A DNA stretch of 11,423 bases, from contig JBBIJQ010000012.1 of NCBI GenBank assembly GCA_037445915.1, forward strand, positions 1 to 11,423, given 5' to 3'. Shown here piece after piece: positions 1 through 6,403 of this stretch. This DNA comes from Planctomycetales bacterium. Lineage in GTDB: Bacteria > 4484-113. Position numbers and translations under genes: made by a program. The notes below the pieces were generated by a model. The model did no database searches and was not told the origin of the DNA. It saw only the letters and a program-made list of their open reading frames with translations. Positions within the stretch are counted from its first letter, which is position 1. Every line of letters begins with the position of its first letter.

Positions 1-2
1 TC

Positions 3-599
3 ATTCCCCTCGTCGTCGGGCTGATCTCAGGCCAGGCGCGCACTGGGACGCCGCGAGCGTTCGCAATCGCGCTTTCTCTTGCGCTGGGCACGCTGGTTTC
101 ATTCACTGCAATCGGCGCGGTCGTCGCATTCGCTGGAGTTATCATCGGCGAGCTGGCGTGGCTGGAAACTACGCTGGCAGTAGTGTTCATCGCCGTGGGG
201 CTAAACCTCATCGGCGTCCTTCCCCTACCCCACTTTCACCCGCACTTTCACCCCAAGGGCAGCGGGCTTATCCCTGCGTTTGCGCTGGGGCTGCTTTACG
301 GCTGCGCGCACGGGCCGTGCTGCCTTGCATTCATGGCGCCGCTCGTGACGGTCGCGCTGGGCACGGCGGCATCAAGCGCATTGTTCGCCGCGCTGCTCCT
401 CGTGGCATTCGGCCTGGGACATTCGGCGGTCATCATGCTCGCCGGAACCGCCGCGGGAACGATGCAGCGCTATTTCAAGTGGAGCGAGAACAAGCGGTTC
501 TCATTGATACTCAGCCGCGTCTCCGGCGCGCTTGTGCTACTCGCGGGAATCTACATGCTCGCCGAGCCGTGGATTGCGTTTGGCAGGTTAGGCACTTGA
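3..599 (+). CDS. ccdA: Cytochrome c biogenesis CcdA / DsbD transmembrane-domain protein, 5'-truncated by the window edge
   Basis: The frame is open from base 3 (IPLVVGLISGQARTGTPRAFAIALSLALGTLVSF...) into the listed 183..599 ORF. It has several hydrophobic helices, a G-P-C motif (HGPCCLAFMAP), FGLGH and a C-terminal SGALVLLAGIY, all typical of CcdA. The first redox Cys motif would lie just upstream of the window. Confidence 0.85.
   Translation: MPLVVGLISGQARTGTPRAFAIALSLALGTLVSFTAIGAVVAFAGVIIGELAWLETTLAVVFIAVGLNLIGVLPLPHFHPHFHPKGSGLIPAFALGLLYGCAHGPCCLAFMAPLVTVALGTAASSALFAALLLVAFGLGHSAVIMLAGTAAGTMQRYFKWSENKRFSLILSRVSGALVLLAGIYMLAEPWIAFGRLGT
228..254 (+). repeat. 12-bp in-frame tandem duplication encoding PHFH-PHFH-P
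   Basis: CCCCACTTTCAC (228-239) and CCGCACTTTCAC (240-251), followed by CCC. Confidence 0.85.
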
Positions 600-607
600 G
601 GTATAAT
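580..607 (+). promoter_or_regulatory. Sigma70-type promoter for the leader ORF / ABC operon
   Basis: TTGGCA (580-585), a 16-nt spacer and a perfect TATAAT (602-607), in a locally AT-rich stretch right after the ccdA stop. Predicted start site is about 613-614. Confidence 0.65.
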
Positions 608-655
608 TCCGCATCCCAACGTGCGAGCGCAGGGACACATATTTTCATTATTGTA

Positions 656-665
656 TAAGGAGGTG
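656..665 (+). promoter_or_regulatory. Strong Shine-Dalgarno sequence for the small ORF at 674
   Basis: TAAGGAGGTG is a 10-nt match to the canonical anti-SD. It lies 8 nt upstream of ATG 674 and follows an A/T-rich stretch (638-655). Confidence 0.85.
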
Positions 666-673
666 GACGGCTG

Positions 674-784
674 ATGTTTGAACGCTATATGCGATCGGCG
701 CGGAACCATGCGCCCGTTTCCCGCATCTGTTTCAATAGTCATATGAACTTTGGCACGAACATCGGTTGTCCCCGCAGGGGTTAG
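674..784 (+). CDS. Unannotated 36-aa small ORF, putative leader (attenuator) peptide MFERYMRSARNHAPVSRICFNSHMNFGTNIGCPRRG
   Basis: Translated by hand from ATG 674 to TAG 782-784. It has a near-perfect SD, an upstream promoter and a terminator about 20 nt downstream. It is too short to appear in the ORF track. Confidence 0.75.
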   Translation: MFERYMRSARNHAPVSRICFNSHMNFGTNIGCPRRG

Positions 785-804
785 CGGCAAGGCATTTGCC
801 TTTC

Positions 805-836
805 GCCCTCTCCTTCGGGGGAGGGTTTTTCGTTTT
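805..836 (+). terminator. Intrinsic terminator (probable attenuator) upstream of the ABC ATPase
   Basis: Stem GCCCTCTCC (805-813) / GGGGAGGGT (818-826), closed by a c(UUCG)g tetraloop and followed by TTTTTCGTTTT (826-836). Confidence 0.85.
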
Positions 837-883
837 AAGCCCATCGTGCCACGGGCGGGGCGCTATGGAGGCGCTACAAGGCT

Positions 884-1759
884 ATGTTGGCAGTGAAAGT
901 CCAATCGGTAAACAAGCGGTTCGCTGTTTCGGCAGGCAAGGACAATGCCGCACTTGCACCCGGGATTAAGGGGGCGCTTGCTCGCGCGTTTCCCCCCAAG
1001 AAGATTAAGCACGCCGTTGACAGCGTTTCGTTTGAGGTTCAGCGCGGCGAGATATACGGCATCGTCGGCCCGAACGGCAGCGGCAAGAGCACGCTCATAC
1101 GCATGCTGAGCACGCTGCTCTACCCCGACACTGGCACTGTGACCATCTTCGGCCACGACGTGATGAAGCACCCTTACGAGGTGCAGAAGCTTATCAACCG
1201 CGTGAGCGTTGACGCGGCATTCTTCAAGAAGCTCTCGCCGTTTGAGAACCTGCTTTATGCGGCGCGGCTATACGGCGTGCCCGACAAGCAGGCGCTCGTG
1301 CGCTCAAAGGAAATGATGGACAAGCTCGGCTTTGAGGGCGGGCGCATGACCGACAGCCTGCAGGCGCTTTCGCGCGGGATGCAGCAAAAGGTCGCCATTG
1401 CGCGCGCGCTGCTCACCAGCCCGGTGCTGCTGCTGCTTGACGAGCCGACGACGGGCCTCGACCCTAAGAGCAAGCGCGACGTGCAGGGCTTCATTGAGGA
1501 AGTGCAGACCATCCACGACGCGACGGTCGTGCTCACGAGCCACGACATGGCGGAGATGGAGAAGCTCTGCCCGCGCATCGCGATCATGCACGCGGGGAAG
1601 TTCATCGCCGAAGACTCGGCTGACGGCTTGAAGCGCCTGGCGCGCGAGAAAGCCAACGGCAGCCTGCAGGCGAACGGCAACGGCGAAATCACGCTTGAGG
1701 ACGCATTCATCGCGCTGACCGGCGAGGAATGGGAAAAGGACGAAGAGGAAGTAGAGTAG
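884..1759 (+). CDS. ABC transporter ATP-binding protein, ABC-2/DrrA-like exporter family
   Basis: Walker A GPNGSGKST, signature LSRGMQQ, Walker B LLLLDE, D-loop PTTGLDP, H-loop TSHDM and a C-terminal TLEDAFIALTG typical of ABC-2 ATPases. GGAGG is at 867-871. Confidence 0.95.
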   Translation: MLAVKVQSVNKRFAVSAGKDNAALAPGIKGALARAFPPKKIKHAVDSVSFEVQRGEIYGIVGPNGSGKSTLIRMLSTLLYPDTGTVTIFGHDVMKHPYEVQKLINRVSVDAAFFKKLSPFENLLYAARLYGVPDKQALVRSKEMMDKLGFEGGRMTDSLQALSRGMQQKVAIARALLTSPVLLLLDEPTTGLDPKSKRDVQGFIEEVQTIHDATVVLTSHDMAEMEKLCPRIAIMHAGKFIAEDSADGLKRLAREKANGSLQANGNGEITLEDAFIALTGEEWEKDEEEVE

Positions 1760-1792
1760 AATCTATGCACTCACTTTTTGCAGGAGACGGGT

Positions 1793-2320
1793 ATGCCTGA
1801 AGCGCCTGAGACTATTAGAGTGATTATGCAGCGGCAAAGCTGCCGCTACTTCCTGCCCGACGAGTTCCCGCAGGAGCACCTTGAGCTGATATTTGAAGCG
1901 ATGCGATGGGCTCCCAGCGCAGGCAATACGCAGCCCTGGCGCTTCCACGTCATTCGCAGCACGCCGCTGAAGCTGGAAATCGCCGCGGCCGCGTTCGGGC
2001 AGAAGTTCATCGCCGACGCGCCGGTCATCATCGCCGTCGTCGCGCTGCCTGAAGTCAGCCGCGCGCAGTACGGCGAGCGCGGTGCGGGGCTTTACTGCAT
2101 CCAGGACACTGCGGCGGCGGTGCAAAACGCGATGCTTGCCGCGGCGGCGCTGGGGCTGGGAACTTGCTGGATAGGCGCGTTTGACGAAGCGCTTGCAGCC
2201 AAGGCGCTGAAGCTTGCGCCCAACGAGCGTCCGCTCGCGTTCATTCCCATCGGCAAGCCCAAGCGCATGGGCCACCGCACCGACCGTAAGCCCAAGAGTG
2301 AAATTGTGGTTGGGGAATGA
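1793..2320 (+). CDS. Nitroreductase-family FMN-dependent oxidoreductase
   Basis: RQSCRYF, WAPSAGNTQPWRF, DTAAAVQNAMLAAAALGLGTCWIG and a C-terminal RK motif. ATG 1793 is preferred over TTG 1778 because AGGAG (1782-1786) lies 6 nt upstream of it. Confidence 0.95.
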   Translation: MPEAPETIRVIMQRQSCRYFLPDEFPQEHLELIFEAMRWAPSAGNTQPWRFHVIRSTPLKLEIAAAAFGQKFIADAPVIIAVVALPEVSRAQYGERGAGLYCIQDTAAAVQNAMLAAAALGLGTCWIGAFDEALAAKALKLAPNERPLAFIPIGKPKRMGHRTDRKPKSEIVVGE

Positions 2321-3267
2321 GCGCCGCGCCTGAAAAGACGAAGGCCATCATCCCCGTCGCGGGCGGGGGAAAGCGGCTGCGGCCGTTCACGGAAAATTAC
2401 CCGAAGGCCCTGTTGCAGTGCGCCGACAGGCCAGTGCTGGGGCATATTCTACGGCGCGTGGAGAAGATGGGGGTGCGCGATGTCATCCTCGTTACCGGCG
2501 AGCATACGCAGCTGATTCAGGATTACGCGCAGGCGGCGTTTCCCGCGCTGGCGATTACGTGCGTGCAGCAGACCGAAGCGCACGGCCTGGGGCATGCGTT
2601 GTGGACGGCGCGCGAGGCTGCAGCGGGCGCGGACGAACTGCTAATTATATACGGCGACAGCATCATTGACGCGGGACTGCCGCAAGGCGGGGAATGGGAG
2701 CTTGCTATCGGTGTGATGATGGTGCGCGACCCCGCGAACTTCGGCGTTGTGGTTACCGACGGCGACCGAATCATCCAGCTTGTTGAAAAGCCCGCGCAAC
2801 CCATCTCCTACCGCGCCATTGCGGGAATGAACATCGTGCGCAATCCCACGGCGCTGTTCGGCGCGCTTGATGAGCTTGTTGCAAAGGACGCGCGAACGCG
2901 CGGCGAAATACAGCTCACCGACGCGTTTGAGCTGATGCTTGAGCGCGGGCATGTCCTGCATTCGTTTCGCCTGCAAAGATGGCTTGATTGCGGCAACCCC
3001 GAAGGGATGCTGGATGCGAACCGGATGCTCTTGCAGCGCTTGCAGCCGGTGGAGATTGAAGGCTGCGAGATAAAGCCGCCGGTGTTCATCGCGCCGGACG
3101 CGATGGTTGAGAAGTCGCGCCTCGGCCCCTGCGTGGCCATTGCATCAGGTGCGGAAGTGCGCGGGTGCGCGCTTAGCGACTGCATCGTGAACACGGGCGC
3201 GAAGCTCATCGGCCTCACGCTTGCGAACGCTATTGTGGGGCCGGCAGAAGAAAGGGGCAAAGGGTAA
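2317..3267 (+). CDS. Sugar-phosphate nucleotidyltransferase (long-form glucose-1-phosphate thymidylyltransferase-like) with a short C-terminal left-handed beta-helix
   Basis: KAIIPVAGGGKRLRP...PKALL, GLGHA, YGD, LVEKP, GEIQLTDA and WLDCG, plus hexapeptide-like repeats at the C-terminus. It has an ATGA overlap with the nitroreductase stop. Exact substrate cannot be determined from the sequence. Confidence 0.9.
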   Translation: MSAAPEKTKAIIPVAGGGKRLRPFTENYPKALLQCADRPVLGHILRRVEKMGVRDVILVTGEHTQLIQDYAQAAFPALAITCVQQTEAHGLGHALWTAREAAAGADELLIIYGDSIIDAGLPQGGEWELAIGVMMVRDPANFGVVVTDGDRIIQLVEKPAQPISYRAIAGMNIVRNPTALFGALDELVAKDARTRGEIQLTDAFELMLERGHVLHSFRLQRWLDCGNPEGMLDANRMLLQRLQPVEIEGCEIKPPVFIAPDAMVEKSRLGPCVAIASGAEVRGCALSDCIVNTGAKLIGLTLANAIVGPAEERGKG

Positions 3268-3281
3268 GGGATTTGTTAACA

Positions 3282-3343
3282 GGAGTGCTGACCTCCAGGT
3301 CGCGTGTTTCCAAGTAATGTGCCGACCTGGAAGTTGACGCCCC
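3282..3343. repeat. Inverted doublet of REP-like palindromes
   Basis: GGAGTGCTGACCTCCAGGTCG (3282-3302) and CGACCTGGAAGTTGACGCCCC (3323-3343) are reverse complements at 15/21 positions. Each unit is itself an imperfect palindrome (GACCT-CC-AGGTC core). Confidence 0.65.
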
Positions 3344-3354
3344 CGCAATGAAGC

Positions 3355-3375
3355 GCACGTGCGTGACGCATGTGC
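3355..3375. repeat. Near-perfect palindrome
   Basis: GCACGTGCGT-G-ACGCATGTGC, 10-bp arms with one mismatch (a G:U pair on the + strand). Confidence 0.7.
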
Positions 3376-3437
3376 CACATTCCAGACTTCAGAAGCCCCA
3401 GACGGCGGCCCACAGGTGATCGCCTTACAGCAGATTC

Positions 3438-3466
3438 CAGAGCACGGCAGGATTGCCGTGTCTCTG
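3438..3466. repeat. REP-like hairpin
   Basis: CAGAG-CACGGCA-GGAT-TGCCGTG-T-CTCTG, a 12-bp stem with one bulge and no U-tract. Confidence 0.7.
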
Positions 3467-3564
3467 AGGGGAGTCCAGCGCCGGACTAAAGCCACGGTGT
3501 GTAGCTATGAAGTTTATTCTGCGCCAGGCCTTCCACGTAAACGTTCTACGTTCTACCAATAGGA

Positions 3565-4443
3565 ATGCTAGAATCTTCGCGCATGGATGAAGCCACTGAG
3601 AGAACGCGCTTCTGGGTATTGCTTGCGCTGGCGGGGATATACGTATCCATCCTCGCATGGCGCAGCGAGATGGGCATCCCTCTATTCGCCTGGGCGCTCA
3701 TCGGCCTCGCTGCGCTTGCGTCGCTAACATTCTACTGGTGGACAACGCGCACTGAAGCTTCCCGGATGGCGCGCGCCATCTTCTTCCTCGTGGCAGGCGC
3801 GTTTGCGTTCTACAGCGTCATCCCGTTGATATTCCTCGCTTTGACGCGCCTGTTCCCGCGCAACTCGCTGATATGGCACGTGCCAGGAATGGAGTTTCTT
3901 GCAGAAATGCTCTGGTATGCCGTGCCCATCGCGTTGGTTTGGTGGCTATTCCAGTTTGCGTCGCCTGCGGATTGGCGCGAGCGTTTCTTTCTAAAGCTCA
4001 ATTGGTACCGCGAGGACTGGGCGTTGCTCATCGGCTTTGCCGCCATTACAGCCATCGCGATGTGGCTGTATATGTACTTTGTAGGCTCTGGCAGCGGGTG
4101 GAGCGCGCTGGGCACGCAGAAGCTAACAGCGGCGTTTGCCATATTCGGTATGCTGTCTGCGGCTGCCAACGCGCTGATGGAAGAGCTTTGGTTCCGCGGG
4201 TATTTTCTCGGCATCAGCGCGCGGCTCATCCCGCCAGGCTGGGGCATCGCCGCCACATCGCTTCTGTTCGGCTTCTTGCACTTCAAAGACGGCATCCCCA
4301 ACGGCTGGATAGGGCTTATCCTCGCGGGGATTTACGGCCTGGCGCTCGCATGGTGGACATGGAAGCGCGGCAGCATTTGGCAAGCCGTCGCCTTGCACTT
4401 CATTACCGACCTCGTAATCTTCTTCGGCGCGAACGCGCGATAG
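3565..4443 (+). CDS. CPBP family intramembrane glutamic endopeptidase (type II CAAX protease / Abi)
   Basis: Motif 1 EELWFRG, motif 2 FGFLH and a C-terminal HFITD motif in a multi-pass membrane protein. The true start may be ATG 3583. Confidence 0.93.
   Translation: MLESSRMDEATERTRFWVLLALAGIYVSILAWRSEMGIPLFAWALIGLAALASLTFYWWTTRTEASRMARAIFFLVAGAFAFYSVIPLIFLALTRLFPRNSLIWHVPGMEFLAEMLWYAVPIALVWWLFQFASPADWRERFFLKLNWYREDWALLIGFAAITAIAMWLYMYFVGSGSGWSALGTQKLTAAFAIFGMLSAAANALMEELWFRGYFLGISARLIPPGWGIAATSLLFGFLHFKDGIPNGWIGLILAGIYGLALAWWTWKRGSIWQAVALHFITDLVIFFGANAR
3566..3574 (+). promoter_or_regulatory. Extended -10 element, possibly driving a leaderless CPBP mRNA
   Basis: TGcTAGAAT ends 8 nt before the in-frame ATG at 3583, and there is no SD between them. 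Confidence 0.45.
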
Positions 4444-4450
4444 CCGCGCG

Positions 4451-6223
4451 CTAGGCGGCTGCTTTTTCGGCTTCGGCCGCCAGCTCGTCGGCATCCATAT
4501 CCTCGTCAAGACTCGCGTATCCCTTGCCGTGCGCCAGCAGGAACGCGATGAGAATGATATGCAGCAGGAAACCTCCCCCGAAAAACGCCAGCGCGCCTGC
4601 GGGGTATGAGCCGTAGGCTTCTTTGAACTCGCCAAACCATCCTTGGTAGAAGATGAGAGTGAGCAGCCCTGGTATCCAGTACTTTATCAACACTGTGAAT
4701 TGCTCATTGCGCTTGCAGCGCCAGCTCCACCCCGAAACAGCCAGCGCGCCCACTGCGATAAGCGCAGGCACCCATAGCTTCGCGGCGTAAGCCCAAAGCT
4801 GCGCGCCCGGCGCGGGCGTTTCATACTGCGCAGCGATGCTCAAAGCGACTTCAGCCTTAACGAGATTCGTCCATGCAAGCGCGGCTGCTATGATGAGCAG
4901 TATCGCAGGGACGATGAAAGTCATAACCCAGTGGAATAGCTGCGCGAGCTTCAGGCCCGGCTGCAAGTTGTGGTGCCTGATAATCTTATCCACGCCATAT
5001 ATGTAGCCGACGATGATGCACTCCGCCACGCCGATGAAAAGCAGGATATATGACGATATGTAGTGGTCAACAATGTCCAGAGCGTAAAGCCCGCCGCGCG
5101 TCACGAAGAGAAGCCCCAAGGCGAAGCCGAATACCGCCAGCGCGGTGAGGATGGCTTTCATCGGCCAGCGGAACTTGTCCCAAAAGGTTGAGGCGACAAC
5201 CTGGACAATTGACATTGAGCTTGTTATCCCGGCAAAGAACACGAGCATGAAGAAGCACACCGCGAAGAACTCCGGCCATATCGGCATGCGTGACAGGGCT
5301 TCAGGGAAAATGACGAAGGCAAAGCCTATGCCGGACTGCATCACCTGGTCAAGGGGCTTGCCGCTGATATGGGCGAGGTAGCCCAGCGTGCCGAAGCTGC
5401 CGAGGCCGAGGAAAATCTCAAAGTAGCCCGAGTTCGCCAGCGCTAGGCTGAACGCTGAACTGACCATGCTCGTGCGCCGGGGGAGATAACTGGCAAACGC
5501 AATCATAATGCCGAACGCCGCTGAGATGCTGAAGAATATCTGGCTAAACGCGTCCACCCACAGGCGGGGCTGGCCAAGCTTTGTCCAGTCCGGCGTCAAG
5601 TAGGCAGTAATGCCGTCCATCGCGTGCGGCAGCGTCACGCCCCTGATGACCAGAATGAGCGCAAGCACTGCCAGCACCGGCATTAGTATCTTGGAGAAAA
5701 GCTCCATTCCTTTTTGCAGGCCACGCGAGATAACCCACCAGTTGAATAACCAGACCAGCGCCAGCGTGAGCACGATCGCGGGGACTACCGTCTCCAGCTT
5801 CCACACCGACCCTGATGTTTGCAGGAACGTGTTAAAGAAAAACGTGTTGGTATCGCTACCCCAGGCGAGCGTCGGCGCGTAAACGAGGTAGTTGGTTACC
5901 CACGCCAGCACGACGGCGTAATAGCTAATTAGAAAGACCATCTGCACGCAGGGTATCCAGCCGATGACTTCCAGCGGCTTGCTGATACGGCGGAAGACTA
6001 GCGGCGCAGTGCGGCGATGGCGGTGGCCCAGCCCGAATTCAAGTATGACGATGGGGACAGCCGCCGTGAGGATGGCGAAGATGTAAACAATGATGAATGT
6101 CCCGCCGCCCCATTCGTAGGCGAGGTAGTTGAAGCGCCAGATGTTGCCCAGCCCTACCGCCGAGGCAATGCAGGCGAGAATGAAACCAAACCGGTTCTTC
6201 CATTGTTCGCGTTGAACAGGCAT
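4451..6223 (-). CDS. Sodium-dependent amino-acid transporter, NSS/SNF family (LeuT-like)
   Basis: REQW...ASAVGLGNIWRF (TM1), SYY (TM3), QIFFSIS (TM6) and FFAGITSS (TM8). An SD-like GGGGAGGG lies upstream of the ATG. Confidence 0.96.
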   Translation of the reverse strand: MPVQREQWKNRFGFILACIASAVGLGNIWRFNYLAYEWGGGTFIIVYIFAILTAAVPIVILEFGLGHRHRRTAPLVFRRISKPLEVIGWIPCVQMVFLISYYAVVLAWVTNYLVYAPTLAWGSDTNTFFFNTFLQTSGSVWKLETVVPAIVLTLALVWLFNWWVISRGLQKGMELFSKILMPVLAVLALILVIRGVTLPHAMDGITAYLTPDWTKLGQPRLWVDAFSQIFFSISAAFGIMIAFASYLPRRTSMVSSAFSLALANSGYFEIFLGLGSFGTLGYLAHISGKPLDQVMQSGIGFAFVIFPEALSRMPIWPEFFAVCFFMLVFFAGITSSMSIVQVVASTFWDKFRWPMKAILTALAVFGFALGLLFVTRGGLYALDIVDHYISSYILLFIGVAECIIVGYIYGVDKIIRHHNLQPGLKLAQLFHWVMTFIVPAILLIIAAALAWTNLVKAEVALSIAAQYETPAPGAQLWAYAAKLWVPALIAVGALAVSGWSWRCKRNEQFTVLIKYWIPGLLTLIFYQGWFGEFKEAYGSYPAGALAFFGGGFLLHIILIAFLLAHGKGYASLDEDMDADELAAEAEKAAA

Positions 6224-6312
6224 GTGAACCCTCCCCGGAAATCATTTAGCGCCCGCGCAGGCGGCCTGGCGCGCAGTTCCTCACGCGCAGCTACGCCCCG
6301 CGCAAGCATAGG

Positions 6313-6324
6313 ATTATGTTAGCA
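6313..6324 (-). promoter_or_regulatory. Possible -10 / extended -10 for the NSS gene
   Basis: The minus strand reads TGCTAACATAAT (TGn-TAACAT overlapping CATAAT) in an AT-rich patch about 90 nt upstream of the start. Confidence 0.35.
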
Positions 6325-6376
6325 CAGGAAAGCGCCTGTTTTCGCGGAGTAGGCAGCCCGTTACGCTTTCGTCCAG

Positions 6377-6392
6377 CGCCCCGACCGGGGCG
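6377..6392. other. GC-rich hairpin just downstream of the 6404..6949 gene
   Basis: CGCCCC-GACC-GGGGCG. There is no convincing U-tract on either strand, so a terminator role is uncertain. Confidence 0.45.
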
Positions 6393-6403
6393 TCAGGCTA
6401 GCC

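Noticed and set aside
608-840. Known metabolite riboswitch or T-box upstream of the ABC gene
   Set aside because: I could not recognise TPP, SAM, FMN, cobalamin, glycine or T-box consensus motifs, and the leader is mostly occupied by an SD-led ORF. An Rfam scan would be decisive.
859-886. Short GGCGCTA / GGCTA direct repeats before the ABC start as an operator
   Set aside because: Very short, overlapping the RBS and far from the promoter; could be chance.
551-969. ORFs 551..844 (-) and 766..969 (+)
   Set aside because: They run across the promoter, the leader ORF and the terminator, and have no convincing SD or motif. The 674..784 ORF explains the region better.
1765-1800. Mini-ORF MHSLFAGDGYA between the ABC ATPase and the nitroreductase
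   Set aside because: Only 11 codons with no resemblance to a permease N-terminus; indistinguishable from chance.
3268-3564. CRISPR array, tRNA, tmRNA or SRP RNA in the spacer
   Set aside because: There are no regularly spaced direct repeats, no cloverleaf or T-loop consensus, and no recognisable housekeeping RNA motif.
3145-3658. ORFs 3145..3495 (-), 3359..3562 (+) and 3425..3658 (-) in the spacer
   Set aside because: No SD and no protein-like features; they read through palindromic repeats.
674-4443. Complete azole-peptide (LAP/TOMM) RiPP cluster
   Set aside because: No YcaO/E1-like cyclodehydratase is present. The nitroreductase looks like a generic short member, and the CPBP gene is separated by a spacer with its own promoter candidate.
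4441-4460. Bidirectional terminator between the convergent CPBP and NSS genes
   Set aside because: The gap is only 7 nt. The 6-bp AGCCGC/GCGGCT stem extends into NSS Ala codons and has a T-run on one side only, which is too weak to call.
6224-6312. Amino-acid riboswitch upstream of the NSS transporter
   Set aside because: The leader is about 85 nt, GC-rich, and lacks glycine, lysine, SAM or T-box motifs and a terminator.
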